Source: an uncultured Thermoanaerobaculia bacterium (lineage in GTDB: Bacteria > Acidobacteriota > Thermoanaerobaculia > Multivoradales > JAGPDF01). From it: a DNA stretch of 64,000 nucleotides. The translations under genes and the position numbers were made by a program. The first letter of the stretch is position 1; each line of letters begins with the position of its first letter. Location: positions 3,164 through 67,163 of the forward strand of contig CAZQTL010000001.1 of the NCBI GenBank assembly GCA_964595975.1, read 5' to 3'. Positions 48,470 through 58,066 of the stretch are shown one piece after another. The notes under the pieces were generated by a model. It was given only the letters and a program-made list of their open reading frames with translations, was not told the DNA's origin and made no database searches.

Positions 48470-50284
48470 CTACGGGCAGGTGAACGCGTCCACGTCCCCC
48501 TCGGTCGTCGGCAGATGGTTGAGCGGGTTGAAGTAGGTCACCTGCTCGAGGGTCGACATCTTCGTCACCCGCACCCGGTACTCCTGCGAGGTCAGGCCGC
48601 TGACGAAGACCCAGTAGCGGTTGAACGGCTCGACACAGGCGTCGACCATCTTGATCCCCATCTCGAAGTTCGACGCATTGAAGAACCAGAAGAAGGCCGA
48701 CTCGGTGGACTCGGCGCGCTCGCCGTTGAACGCCATCACCTTGCCGCTGCCGGCGCTCGAGGCCGTCGTGTAGTCGACCTCGACCTTGAACTTACCGCCG
48801 AGCAGGCAGGCGGTGTCGGCATCGCGGATGCAGACGCCGCCACTGGGAGAGAGGTAGGGCGCCAGAAGAGGATAGGAAGTCGCGAAAGCGCCGTCGAGGA
48901 TGTTCTCGTCGGTGCCGCAGCCGTCCGGAGGATTGCCGCACGAGCCGAGGAGCTGACCGACGATGACGCCGTCGGCGCGCATGACGGGCGAACCCGAGCT
49001 GCCGCCGGAGATCCCCGTGCCATCCAGATTCACCGAATGCAGGAAGTTGGTCGTCGTGATGCCCGCACAGGCGAAGCCCGGCGTGTCGTCCAGCTGATGC
49101 TTCGAATAGGACTGCGCCAGGATCGCGTCGTCCAGGTCGCGCACCGGATGCGAGAGGCGATGGAGGATCGTTCCGTCGGCCGGCCGCACGCTCGTCCAGC
49201 CGAGATAGACCGCGCCGACGGGGATGTCACCCGGATCCACGGCGCGGACCAGCGTGACGTCCGTGTCCTCGGAGGTCGCCACGAGGTCGGCGCCGAGCGG
49301 CCCGTAGCTGCCGGTCGTGGCGCCGCCGCCGCAGCTGGTATTGCGGAAGAAGAAGAAGGTGTCCATCGACAGGGCGGAGGCCTGGCTGCCGACGCAGTGG
49401 TTGGCGGTGAGCAGCCAGGGCTGTAGCGTCGACGGGTCGTTGTCGCCGATCAGCGCCCCGGAGCAGGTGTAGAGGTTGCCGGCGTCCTCGAAGAGGTACT
49501 GGAAGACCCCCTTGCGCGCGTTGGCAATGCCCGGGAAGTCGGTGGCGTCGAAGCACTCGCCGTTCTGCAGGCAGCCGTCGGCCTCGGGCAGCCGGACGTC
49601 GCCGGCCTCAGCGCCGAAGGGAGTGACCAGCTCGTGGACCCGAGCGATCCGGAAACCCTGACCGTCGCCGATGCTCCCAGCGGGCAGCTCGACCTCGAGG
49701 TAGATCCGCTCGCCGTTGATCGTCGGCGACAGGAGCGTCCCGTCGCTGCGCAGCCGGCGCAGGTCGAAGGCGCGCGCTTCGCCGCCCATCGCATAGGCCC
49801 AGAGGCGCGTTCCGGCGGGGAGGTTCACCTCCGAGAGCTCCAGCCGCAGGGCTTTCGCCTCGCTGACTTCGACCGACGTTCCCCAGACCCAGTTGCCGTT
49901 CGCGCGGCGGGCGACGAGGCCGCCGCCGACCCGCCGGCCGAGCCGGGCGGCGAACTCGCCGCCGTCGTAGCGCAGGTCGAGCGGTGCGCCGAGGGCCCGG
50001 CCGAAGCCGACCCGGGGGGGGCGTCGACTGTCCTCGTTCCAGGCCGCGAGCGCCGCGAGCTCGGACGCAGCCCCTTCTCGCGCCGGCGCGAGCGTCGCTA
50101 CCGCCGCCAGCGACAGCGCCTCGGCGACGCGCAGCGGCGCCTCCACCGCCTGCCGGGCCGGGAGGAGCGACGGATCGGGGGTGTAGGCCGCGACCTCGAC
50201 CGCGGCGCCAGGCGACGACAGCGAGAGAAGCAGCGGGCCGGCGGTCAGCAGCATTGCAGCGAGACGAGAGCGCATCATGGACAT
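48470..50284 (-). CDS. Secreted trypsin-like (S1 family) serine protease with a 4-Cys C-terminal domain
   Basis: Start at MSMMRSRLAAMLLTAGPLLLSLSSPGAA (50284, with AAGGGAG upstream). The catalytic His is in LLTANHC and the catalytic Ser in ISGGSSGSPV. The C-terminal 120 aa are homologous to the modules in the 32320-34737 protein. The track ORF (to 51523) runs out of frame into glgP. Confidence 0.75.
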   Translation of the reverse strand: MSMMRSRLAAMLLTAGPLLLSLSSPGAAVEVAAYTPDPSLLPARQAVEAPLRVAEALSLAAVATLAPAREGAASELAALAAWNEDSRRPPRVGFGRALGAPLDLRYDGGEFAARLGRRVGGGLVARRANGNWVWGTSVEVSEAKALRLELSEVNLPAGTRLWAYAMGGEARAFDLRRLRSDGTLLSPTINGERIYLEVELPAGSIGDGQGFRIARVHELVTPFGAEAGDVRLPEADGCLQNGECFDATDFPGIANARKGVFQYLFEDAGNLYTCSGALIGDNDPSTLQPWLLTANHCVGSQASALSMDTFFFFRNTSCGGGATTGSYGPLGADLVATSEDTDVTLVRAVDPGDIPVGAVYLGWTSVRPADGTILHRLSHPVRDLDDAILAQSYSKHQLDDTPGFACAGITTTNFLHSVNLDGTGISGGSSGSPVMRADGVIVGQLLGSCGNPPDGCGTDENILDGAFATSYPLLAPYLSPSGGVCIRDADTACLLGGKFKVEVDYTTASSAGSGKVMAFNGERAESTESAFFWFFNASNFEMGIKMVDACVEPFNRYWVFVSGLTSQEYRVRVTKMSTLEQVTYFNPLNHLPTTEGDVDAFTCP

Positions 50285-50355
50285 CTCCCTTGTTCGAGGC
50301 TTGTCTTGGGTTCTGAACGCGGCCTTGCGGCCCCCTCGCGAAGCGGAAGCAAGTT

Positions 50356-52575
50356 CTAGACCGGGCCGGCCGGCGCGGCCATCTTCTCGAGCAGGCTGGC
50401 GTAGGCCGTTTCGGTGTAATCGCGCACCATGCGGTCGCTGGAGAACTTCGGCGTGATGGTGGCGATCGCCTCCTTCATCCGTCGCAGCCACTCGACCGGC
50501 AGGCCGGCCTCGTTGCGGTCGTAGTAGATCGGCACGATCTGCTCCTCGAGCAGGTCGTAGAGCGCCAGGCCGTCCTCGCGGTCGGTCTTCGCTTCGTCGG
50601 CCAGCGGCTCCTTGCCGGCCGAGGTGTCGCGGGTCGGATCCTCCGCCGCGCTGCCGATGACCCAGCCGTTCTCGCCGTCGTAGCCCTCGGGCCACCAGCC
50701 GTCGGCGATCGAGCAGTTGAGGGCGCCGTTCATGGCGGCCTTCATGCCCGAGGTCCCGGAGGCTTCGAGCGGCCGGCGCGGGGTGTTCAACCAGACGTCG
50801 ACTCCCTGAACCAGCATCCGCCCGACCCGCATGTCGTAGTCCTCGACGAAGAAGACCTTGCCTTTGAGCGCCTCGGACTGCGACAGCTGGAAGATGTGCT
50901 GGATCAGCTCCTGGCCGGCCTTGTCGGCGGGATGGGCCTTGCCGGCGAGCAGGATCTGGAGCGGCCGCTCGCTGTCGCCGACCAGCTTGCGCAATCGATG
51001 CAGGTCCGAGAACAGAAGTCCGGCGCGTTTGTAGGTGGCGAAGCGGCGGGCGAAGCCGATCGTCAACACTTCCGGATCGAAGGTGTGCTCGAGCTTGCGC
51101 AGCTCGGCCGGCGACAGGCCATGGCGTGCGAACTGGTCGCGCAGCCTGGAGCGCAGGAAGCGGGCGAGGTGGCGTTTCTGGGCAAGGTGGACCTCCCACA
51201 GCGGTCCGTCGGGCGCGGCGAGGATGGCGTCGCGGCCCTCGGGGCTGGTCACGACCTGCGGCCAGCGCTCGCCGAACCAGCTGGTGAAGAGCTCCTGCAG
51301 CTCGATGCCGAGCCAGCTCGGGGGATGCACGCCGTTGGTGATGGCGCGGATCTGCTCGGCCTCCGGCCGGTTCGCCGGAATCACATGATGCCACATCTTG
51401 CCCGAGACTTTGGCGTTGATCTCGGAGACGCCGTTGATGCGCGAGCTGGTGCGGATGGCGAGCGCCGTCATGTTGAGCGGCTGGTTGGGCTCGCCGTGGT
51501 CGTTGTTGCCGAGCCCGAGCCACTGCTCCGGCTCGATCCCCAGCTCGCCGCAGAGCGGATCGAAATAGGCGCGGATCAACGGCGCATCGAAGACCTCGTT
51601 GCCCGCCGCCACCGGGGTGTGGGTGGTGAAGACCGAAGTCCGCCGGAGCTCGGCGATCGCGCTGTCGAAGCTCTCGCCGCGCTCCTTCATCCGCCGGCGC
51701 AGGCGTTCGAACTGCAGGAAGGCGGAGTGCCCTTCATTCATGTGCCAGACCGCCGGCTCGATGCCGAGCGCCTCCAGGGCGCGGGCGCCGCCGATGCCGA
51801 GCACGAGCTCCTGCGCCAGTCGCATCTCGCGCCCCGGCGTGTAGAGGATGCTGGTGATCGGGCGGTCGGCCGAGTCGTTCTGGGCGACGTCGGTGTCGAG
51901 CAGCAGCAGCGGCACGCGTCCGACGAGGGCGATCCAGACCTGCAGGTGCAGCTCGCGGCCGCCGTAGGGGATCGACACCATGACCGGCCGCCCGGTGTGG
52001 CCGGCCGCCGGACGCAGCGGCAGGCGGGAGAAGTCGTGTTCGGGATAGATGTGCTGCTGGCGGCCGTCAGCGTCGATGTTCTGATGGAAGTAGCCGTTGC
52101 GATAGAGGAGCCCGACGCCGACCAGCGGCACGCCGAGGTCGCTGGCGCTCTTCAGGTGGTCGCCGGCGAGGACTCCCAGGCCGCCGGAGTAGAGCGGCAG
52201 CGACGGATCGAGGCCGTACTCCATGCAGAAGTAGGCGATCGGTCCGTCGAGATCGGGATGCGTCTTCGCGAACCAGGTTTCGGCGCTGCCGGCCATGTAG
52301 CTCTCGAACATCCGGATGACCTTCTGATACAGGCCGCGGAAGTGGTCGTCCTCGAGTTTGGCCTGCCAGTGGTCGCGGTCGAAGTTGATCAGCAGCTGCA
52401 CCGGGTTGCGGTACAGCGACCAGGCGCGCCCGTCCATGGCGGCGAACAGCTCGCGCGCGGCGGGGTTCCAGGTCCACCAGAGATTGCAGGCGAGGTCGTA
52501 GAGACCCTGCACCTCGCGCGGCAGTTCGATGCCGGCGATGTGCAGGCGTGGAAGCTTCGTGAAGTCGGGCGGCAT
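50356..52575 (-). CDS. glgP: Alpha-glucan (glycogen/maltodextrin) phosphorylase, GT35
   Basis: 739 aa. The PLP-lysine region EASGTSGMKAAMNG is present, and the protein is phosphorylase-like over its full length. Confidence 0.85.
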   Translation of the reverse strand: MPPDFTKLPRLHIAGIELPREVQGLYDLACNLWWTWNPAARELFAAMDGRAWSLYRNPVQLLINFDRDHWQAKLEDDHFRGLYQKVIRMFESYMAGSAETWFAKTHPDLDGPIAYFCMEYGLDPSLPLYSGGLGVLAGDHLKSASDLGVPLVGVGLLYRNGYFHQNIDADGRQQHIYPEHDFSRLPLRPAAGHTGRPVMVSIPYGGRELHLQVWIALVGRVPLLLLDTDVAQNDSADRPITSILYTPGREMRLAQELVLGIGGARALEALGIEPAVWHMNEGHSAFLQFERLRRRMKERGESFDSAIAELRRTSVFTTHTPVAAGNEVFDAPLIRAYFDPLCGELGIEPEQWLGLGNNDHGEPNQPLNMTALAIRTSSRINGVSEINAKVSGKMWHHVIPANRPEAEQIRAITNGVHPPSWLGIELQELFTSWFGERWPQVVTSPEGRDAILAAPDGPLWEVHLAQKRHLARFLRSRLRDQFARHGLSPAELRKLEHTFDPEVLTIGFARRFATYKRAGLLFSDLHRLRKLVGDSERPLQILLAGKAHPADKAGQELIQHIFQLSQSEALKGKVFFVEDYDMRVGRMLVQGVDVWLNTPRRPLEASGTSGMKAAMNGALNCSIADGWWPEGYDGENGWVIGSAAEDPTRDTSAGKEPLADEAKTDREDGLALYDLLEEQIVPIYYDRNEAGLPVEWLRRMKEAIATITPKFSSDRMVRDYTETAYASLLEKMAAPAGPV

Positions 52576-52623
52576 GGTGCGGATTCTCTCTTTCCCTGTT
52601 GGGCAGTTCAGACTGTGACCCAG

Positions 52624-54435
52624 CTAATCTTCGGGTGGCCGGGCCCACTCCGGTTCGAGGTCGGGAAACGGCATGTCCCCCTCGACCCATCCCGGAAGCG
52701 CGCGAGTGCGCGGACCCAGGTCGATCAGCTCCCGCAGGCGGGAGCAATGCTGGCGAAAGCGTTCCTCGGCATAGTCGCCGCCCGTCCCCATAGTCACCAG
52801 GAACGGCCAGTCGGAGGCGGCGGCGAGCAGCATCTGGTTGAGAATCGCCCGCCGCCACTTCCGCGGCCCGCCCCAGCGCACCGCCGCGAAGGCGTGGCGC
52901 TCGAGGTCGGCGAGCTCGCGCCAGAACCACTCGGTCTGCGGGTTGACCCAGACGCGATGATCGCCACTCGCGCCCCAGGAACCCTCGGCGAAGAAGGCGC
53001 GGCGCAGCAGCGGATGGCTCGCCAGCTCGCGGTCGGGAGTGGTCGCCTCGACCGCCGCGCCAGGGGCCGCGAGCTCGAGGACCTTCTCGAGCCAGATCGG
53101 CCCTTCGAACCACCAGTGTCCGAAGAGCTCGGCGTCGAACGGACAGCAGATCAGTCCGTCGTTCATGCCGTCGAGTCCGGTGGCGAGCTCGATGAAGTGC
53201 TCGGCCTGCTCCTGGGCGCGCTTGCGCGCCTCTTCGGGCCAGTAGACGAGCTTGTCCATGAGGTCGGCTTCCGGATCGGTTACCCGCCAGAGCCGCAGCC
53301 CCGAGGGCCACTGGCGCTTGTGGAAGTCGAGGAAGGCGCCGTCTCCGGGATAGCCGCCCTGCCGCGACCAGACCTGGGCGGCGGTGCGCGCGTCGCGCAG
53401 GAACGCGGCGACGGCGCTCTGCCGGATCCAGTAGGGGTGGGGGTGCGGTCCGGAGGGCTCGACGATCTCCTCCGGACGCGTGTTGGCGCCGTAAGGGAAA
53501 GCGGGGTCGCCGCGCCGCAGCAGGTGGGCGTCGACCACCGTCCAGCGCATCCCCTGCTCGGAGAGGAACTGCTCGTTGCCGGGCCGCCCCTCCTCGAACG
53601 CGCCCGTCACCGGGTGTTGCCACGGCCCGCCGGGGCGGTAGGCGCACTCGGGCATCCAGCAGCCGCGCGGGTCGTCGCCGAACAGCTCGCGATGCTGCTC
53701 TTTGCCGGTGCGCAGGGCGAGCCGGATCAGTTTGGTGGTGTGGGCGAGCGGCAGATAGACGTGCGTCCCCGCCGAGGTGGCGAGCTCGAGGGCTCCGCTC
53801 TCGCCCAGCCGGGCGAGCGTCGCCACGAGGTCGTGGTCGAAGCGGTCCCAGATGGCGCGCAGCCGTTCGAACTCGCCGTGCCACCAGAGAGCGAGGGGGT
53901 GCTTGCGCCGTGCCTCCCAGGCCGACTTGGTGCGCTCGGTGAGATAGCGCTCGACGACCGCTTCGGTGCGCCCGTCGGCGAGCATCGCGGCGAGGATCGG
54001 CGTGACTTCGAAGGCGAACAGATGTCGCCGCCCGCGCGCGGCGAGGCGATCGGCCAGGTCGAGCAGCGGCAGGTAGCAGTGCACGATCGCCTCCGCCAGC
54101 CAGTCCTCGCCGTGCGGCCAGGTGCCGTGGCCGAGAACCCAGGGCAGGTGCGCGTGGAGGACGAAGGCGAGGCGGCGCGGCTGGCCGGCCGGGCCGGGTG
54201 CCGCCGGGTGCGGCGCGAGCTCCGGCAGCGGCTCGAGCAGCGGCCGCTGCAGGAACTGGATGCGGATCTCCTCCCGCTCCACCGGAATGGCCGGAAGCGG
54301 CGCGCGCCCGGCCTTCGGCTCCGGCCTGGCCGGCGCCTTCGGCGCGCCCTTCGCTGCGGCGGGGGGCCGGGCGACGGTCCCGGTCGCGGGCGGGCGCTTC
54401 CCCGGCGCTTTTCCCTTCGGTTTCCTGGGGCTCAT
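52624..54435 (-). CDS. GH57 family 1,4-alpha-glucan branching enzyme with a ~95-aa basic Pro/Ala/Lys-rich N-terminal extension
   Basis: The ATG at 54435 overlaps the DHH gene stop (ATGA). GH57 motifs VLHAHLPWV, CWMPECAY and FDAELFGHWWFEG are present. The track ORF (to 56988) is a read-through artefact. Confidence 0.8.
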   Translation of the reverse strand: MSPRKPKGKAPGKRPPATGTVARPPAAAKGAPKAPARPEPKAGRAPLPAIPVEREEIRIQFLQRPLLEPLPELAPHPAAPGPAGQPRRLAFVLHAHLPWVLGHGTWPHGEDWLAEAIVHCYLPLLDLADRLAARGRRHLFAFEVTPILAAMLADGRTEAVVERYLTERTKSAWEARRKHPLALWWHGEFERLRAIWDRFDHDLVATLARLGESGALELATSAGTHVYLPLAHTTKLIRLALRTGKEQHRELFGDDPRGCWMPECAYRPGGPWQHPVTGAFEEGRPGNEQFLSEQGMRWTVVDAHLLRRGDPAFPYGANTRPEEIVEPSGPHPHPYWIRQSAVAAFLRDARTAAQVWSRQGGYPGDGAFLDFHKRQWPSGLRLWRVTDPEADLMDKLVYWPEEARKRAQEQAEHFIELATGLDGMNDGLICCPFDAELFGHWWFEGPIWLEKVLELAAPGAAVEATTPDRELASHPLLRRAFFAEGSWGASGDHRVWVNPQTEWFWRELADLERHAFAAVRWGGPRKWRRAILNQMLLAAASDWPFLVTMGTGGDYAEERFRQHCSRLRELIDLGPRTRALPGWVEGDMPFPDLEPEWARPPED

Positions 54436-55517
54436 GGCAACTGGCGCTCCGGCGGCTCGGGAGCGGCGAGCTCGACCTTGGCGAGATCGATCGCCGCGAG
54501 GCGCTCCGGGTTCTTCTTGAGCGCCCGGGCGAAGCGCAGGGCGAGCATACGTTCGATCGCCCGTCCGCCGTCGGCTGCGGTCTTCGGGATGGTGACGAAA
54601 CCCCCGGCCATGGTGCCGTGGCCGCCCCCCTTGCCGAGCAGGCCGATCAGCCGCCGCATGAGATTGCCGGCGTCGGCGCGCGCATTGGTGGTGCGGATCG
54701 AGAGGTAGACGCGGTCGGCGTGGCTGCCGGTGCACAGCGACCAGGTCTTGCCCTCCATGCGGAGAAGCAGATCGGCGATCTCCGGCACGATGTCGGGTTG
54801 GTCGACCTCGCCCAGGTTCGAAACCACGAGGTTGCCGACGCCGGCCAGGTTCTCGAGCGCCCGGTGGAGGTTGCGGAAGTAGACCAGCGGCAGGCGGGCG
54901 CTCTGGATGCGCGCCAGCATCCGTCGGTCGATGTGCGGCAGCAGGGCGTCGAACGCCGCATGGTCCGGGCCGGCCGCCTCGCGGCCGAAGTCCTGGGTCT
55001 CCGAGCGGATGGCGTAGACCAGGCCGGTGGCGAGCGCCCGGGAAGGCTTCAGTCCGCTCGCGTCGAGGTACTCGGCGAGGATCGTGGCGGTCGCGCCGTA
55101 GCGCGGACGCACGTCGACCGTGGCGGCTGCCAGCGTCGACTTGCGCAGCGGGTGGTGGTCGATGACCAGGTCGGGGACGATGGTCTTCGGCAGTTGCGAA
55201 TTCCCCGACCAGGGCTGGCAGTCGATCATGGCGAACGAGCTGTAGTTCCGCTTGTTGACGTTGCGCAGATGGGAGAGCGGCAGCCTCAGGCTGCGGACCA
55301 TCTCGCGGTTCTCGGCGCGGCCGATGATGCCGCCGTAGGCCACCGTGACGGAACGCTTGAAGCGCCGCCGCAGGATGAGCGCCAGGGCCGCGGTGGCGGC
55401 CAGGGCATCGGGGTCCGGGTTGTCGTGAGTCAGGACGAGCCAGCGGCCGCGCTTCGGACTGGCCTCGATCCGTTCCGCGAGGGCGGCGAAACGGACCCTC
55501 GTCTCCTCGGTCGACAT
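54432..55517 (-). CDS. DHH/DHHA1 family phosphoesterase (NrnA-like)
   Basis: 361 aa. Motifs LVLTHDNPDPDALA, IDHH and GKGGGHGTMAGG are present. Confidence 0.8.
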   Translation of the reverse strand: MSTEETRVRFAALAERIEASPKRGRWLVLTHDNPDPDALAATAALALILRRRFKRSVTVAYGGIIGRAENREMVRSLRLPLSHLRNVNKRNYSSFAMIDCQPWSGNSQLPKTIVPDLVIDHHPLRKSTLAAATVDVRPRYGATATILAEYLDASGLKPSRALATGLVYAIRSETQDFGREAAGPDHAAFDALLPHIDRRMLARIQSARLPLVYFRNLHRALENLAGVGNLVVSNLGEVDQPDIVPEIADLLLRMEGKTWSLCTGSHADRVYLSIRTTNARADAGNLMRRLIGLLGKGGGHGTMAGGFVTIPKTAADGGRAIERMLALRFARALKKNPERLAAIDLAKVELAAPEPPERQLP

Positions 55518-55608
55518 GGGCCCCGGATTGTAGCAGCGGCGCTGCTGCGCTCCTGGCCCGCGCTCCGCTATACTGCGGCGCGCATCCTGTTGATCGAGAC
55601 GCCTTTCC

Positions 55609-56829
55609 TTGGCCCGAGTCCTCTTCCTTTCGCCCGGCTATCCCAGCGAGATGCCGCATTTCGTCCGCGCCCTGGCCGAGGTCGGCGCGGAGGTCCTGGG
55701 CGTCGGTGACCAGCCAGCGGGGACGCTCGCGGCCGAAACCCGGGGCGCCCTGACGGACTACCTGCGGGTGCGGACGCTGTGGGACGAAGCGACGCTGGTC
55801 GAGGAGGTCTCGCGCTGGCTCGCGGGCCGCACGCTCGACCGGGTCGAGTGTCTGTGGGAACCCGGCATGCTGCTCGCCGCGCGACTGCGCGAAGCGCTGC
55901 ACGTTCCCGGACTGACGGTCGCCCAGACCGTGCCCTTCCGCAACAAGGAAGAGATGAAGCGGCGGCTCGACGCCGCCGGGATTCGCACGCCGCGCCATCT
56001 GACGGCGGTCGACGAAGCCGGAATCCGCGCCGCCGCCGAGCGCATCGGCTTCCCGCTCATCCTGAAGCCGATCGACGGCGCCGGCTCGGCCGACACCTAC
56101 CGGGTGACCGACGCAGCCGAGCTCGAGCGCGCCCTGCCGAAGGTGCGGCACGTCCGGGAGCTCTCGGTGGAGGAGTTCATCGACGGCGAGGAGTACACCT
56201 TCGACACGGTGTCGATCGCCGGCCGTCCGGCCTACTACAACATCGCCTGGTACCGCCCCCGGCCGCTGCGGGCGCGTTCCGAGGAGTGGATCAGCCCGCA
56301 GGTCGTCGCCCTGCGCGACCCGGACCAGCCGCAGCTGCGGGGCGGCGTCGAGATGGGGTTCGACGTTCTGGCGGCGCTCGGCTTCGAGTCGGGCTTCACC
56401 CACATGGAGTGGTACCAGAAGGCCGACGGCGAAGTGGTCTTCGGCGAGATCGGCGCGCGGCCGCCGGGCGCCCATCAGGTCGACCAGATGAACTATGCCT
56501 GCGACATCGACGTCTTCCGCGGCTGGGCCGATGCCGTCTGCTTCGGTCGCTTCCGCGAGAACGTGCGTCGGCGCTACAACGTGGCGACGATCTACAAGCG
56601 CGCGACGGGCGAAGGGCGGATCCAGCGCATCGAGGGGTTCGAGGAGTGGAAGGCCCGCCACGGCGCGGCGCTCGTCTGGGACAACCTCCTGCCGGTGGGT
56701 GCGCCGCGCCGCAACTGGAAGCAGACCCTGGTTTCCGACGGCTTCGTGATTCTCCGGCATCCGGATCTCGCCGTCACCCTGGCCATGGCCGACGAGTTCG
56801 GCGCGGATGTGCGGCTCTTCGCTGCGTAA
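55609..56829 (+). CDS. ATP-grasp domain protein, paralogue 1 of 3 (unassigned carboxylate-amine ligase)
   Basis: 406 aa with a TTG start. ATP-grasp core motifs are present: GFPLILKPIDGAGSADTYRV, VEEFIDGEEYTFDT and HMEWYQKADGEVVFGEIGARPPGA. Confidence 0.75.
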   Translation: MARVLFLSPGYPSEMPHFVRALAEVGAEVLGVGDQPAGTLAAETRGALTDYLRVRTLWDEATLVEEVSRWLAGRTLDRVECLWEPGMLLAARLREALHVPGLTVAQTVPFRNKEEMKRRLDAAGIRTPRHLTAVDEAGIRAAAERIGFPLILKPIDGAGSADTYRVTDAAELERALPKVRHVRELSVEEFIDGEEYTFDTVSIAGRPAYYNIAWYRPRPLRARSEEWISPQVVALRDPDQPQLRGGVEMGFDVLAALGFESGFTHMEWYQKADGEVVFGEIGARPPGAHQVDQMNYACDIDVFRGWADAVCFGRFRENVRRRYNVATIYKRATGEGRIQRIEGFEEWKARHGAALVWDNLLPVGAPRRNWKQTLVSDGFVILRHPDLAVTLAMADEFGADVRLFAA

Positions 56830-56845
56830 GAGAACAAGGAGAGAG

Positions 56846-58066
56846 ATGTCATCGGTCGTCTTCGTCGCGCCCTTCTTTCTCGACACGACGCTGCGCTTCG
56901 TCGAGGCGGTCGCCGATCTGCCCGGCGTCCGCACCGGTCTGATCAGCCAGGACCCCGCGGAGCGTCTCCCGCCGGGCCTGCGGTCCAAGCTCGCGGCGCA
57001 CTACCGCATCGCCGACGGACTCGATCCGCAGCAGATCGCCGACGCCGTGCGCGGCCTCGCGCGGCAGATCGGTCCGCCGCAGCGGCTCATCGGCGCCCTC
57101 GAACAGCTGCAGGTGCCGCTCGGCGAGGTGCGCGATGCCCTCGGCATCGACGGGATGGGCGCGGAAGTGGCGAAGAACTTCCGCGACAAGGCGCGCATGA
57201 AGACCGTGCTGCAGCGCGCCGGCGTGCCCTGCGCGCGCCACCAGCGCGTGACCAGCGACGCCGAGGCCTGGGGCTTCGTCGAAGGCGTGGGCTATCCGGT
57301 GGTGCTCAAGCCGACCTCCGGCGCCGGGGCGAAGAGCACCTTCCGCGTCGGCGACGCCGGCGAGATGCGGTCGGCGCTGGCGCAGGTCCGGCCGTCGCCG
57401 GAGCGCCAGGCCGTGGTCGAGGAGTTCGTCGTCGGCGACGAGTTCTCGTTCGACACCGTTTCGATCCGCGGCCGGCCGGTCTGGCACTCGCTCTCGTACT
57501 ACCTGCCGGCGCCGCTCAACGTCGTCGACAACCCCTGGATCCAGTGGTGCGTGCTGATTCCGCGCGAGATCGACCACCCGCGCTTCGACGACATCCGCCG
57601 GGTCGGCTTCCGCGCCCTGGAGGTGCTCGGCATGGGCACCGGCCTGTCGCACATGGAGTGGTTCCGCAGGGCCGACGGTTCGGTGCTGGTCTCCGAAGTC
57701 GGCGCGCGGCCGCCGGGGGCGCAGATCACGTCGCTGATCTCCTACGCCCACGACATCGACTTCTATCGCGCCTGGGCGCGCCTGGTGGTGAAGGAAGAGT
57801 TCGATCCGCCGCCGCACCGGTTCGCTGCCGGCGGAGCCTACCTGCGCGGCCAGGGCCAGGGGCGCGTCCGCGCGGTGCACGGCCTGGCCGAGGTGCAGCG
57901 CGAGCTCGGACAGCTGATCGTCGAGGCGAAGCTGCCCCAGGTCGGCCAACCGCAGTCGTCGAGCTACGAGGGAGAGGGGTATATCCTCTTCCGCCATCCC
58001 GAGACGGCGGTGGTGGAGGCGGCGCTGAAACGCACGATCTCGACCGTGAGAGTGGAGCTGGGATGA
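56846..58066 (+). CDS. ATP-grasp domain protein, paralogue 2 of 3 (diverged member)
   Basis: The ATG at 56846 is preceded by AAGGAGAGAG. Motifs GYPVVLKPTSGAGAKSTFRV, VEEFVVGDEFSFDT and HMEWFRRADGSVLVSEVGARPPGA are present. Confidence 0.75.
   Translation: MSSVVFVAPFFLDTTLRFVEAVADLPGVRTGLISQDPAERLPPGLRSKLAAHYRIADGLDPQQIADAVRGLARQIGPPQRLIGALEQLQVPLGEVRDALGIDGMGAEVAKNFRDKARMKTVLQRAGVPCARHQRVTSDAEAWGFVEGVGYPVVLKPTSGAGAKSTFRVGDAGEMRSALAQVRPSPERQAVVEEFVVGDEFSFDTVSIRGRPVWHSLSYYLPAPLNVVDNPWIQWCVLIPREIDHPRFDDIRRVGFRALEVLGMGTGLSHMEWFRRADGSVLVSEVGARPPGAQITSLISYAHDIDFYRAWARLVVKEEFDPPPHRFAAGGAYLRGQGQGRVRAVHGLAEVQRELGQLIVEAKLPQVGQPQSSSYEGEGYILFRHPETAVVEAALKRTISTVRVELG

Noticed and set aside
48470-51523. 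A 1017-aa version of the S1 protease ORF.
   Set aside because: The first 413 codons overlap glgP in another frame and are Arg/Pro/Gly-rich. A signal peptide with an RBS begins at 50284, which gives a sensible 604-aa secreted protease.
52624-56988. A 1454-aa ORF that looks like a giant protein.
   Set aside because: Only the C-terminal 603 aa (the GH57 enzyme, starting at 54435) is coding. The upstream part runs antisense through the DHH and ATP-grasp genes and has artefact-like Arg/Pro-rich composition.
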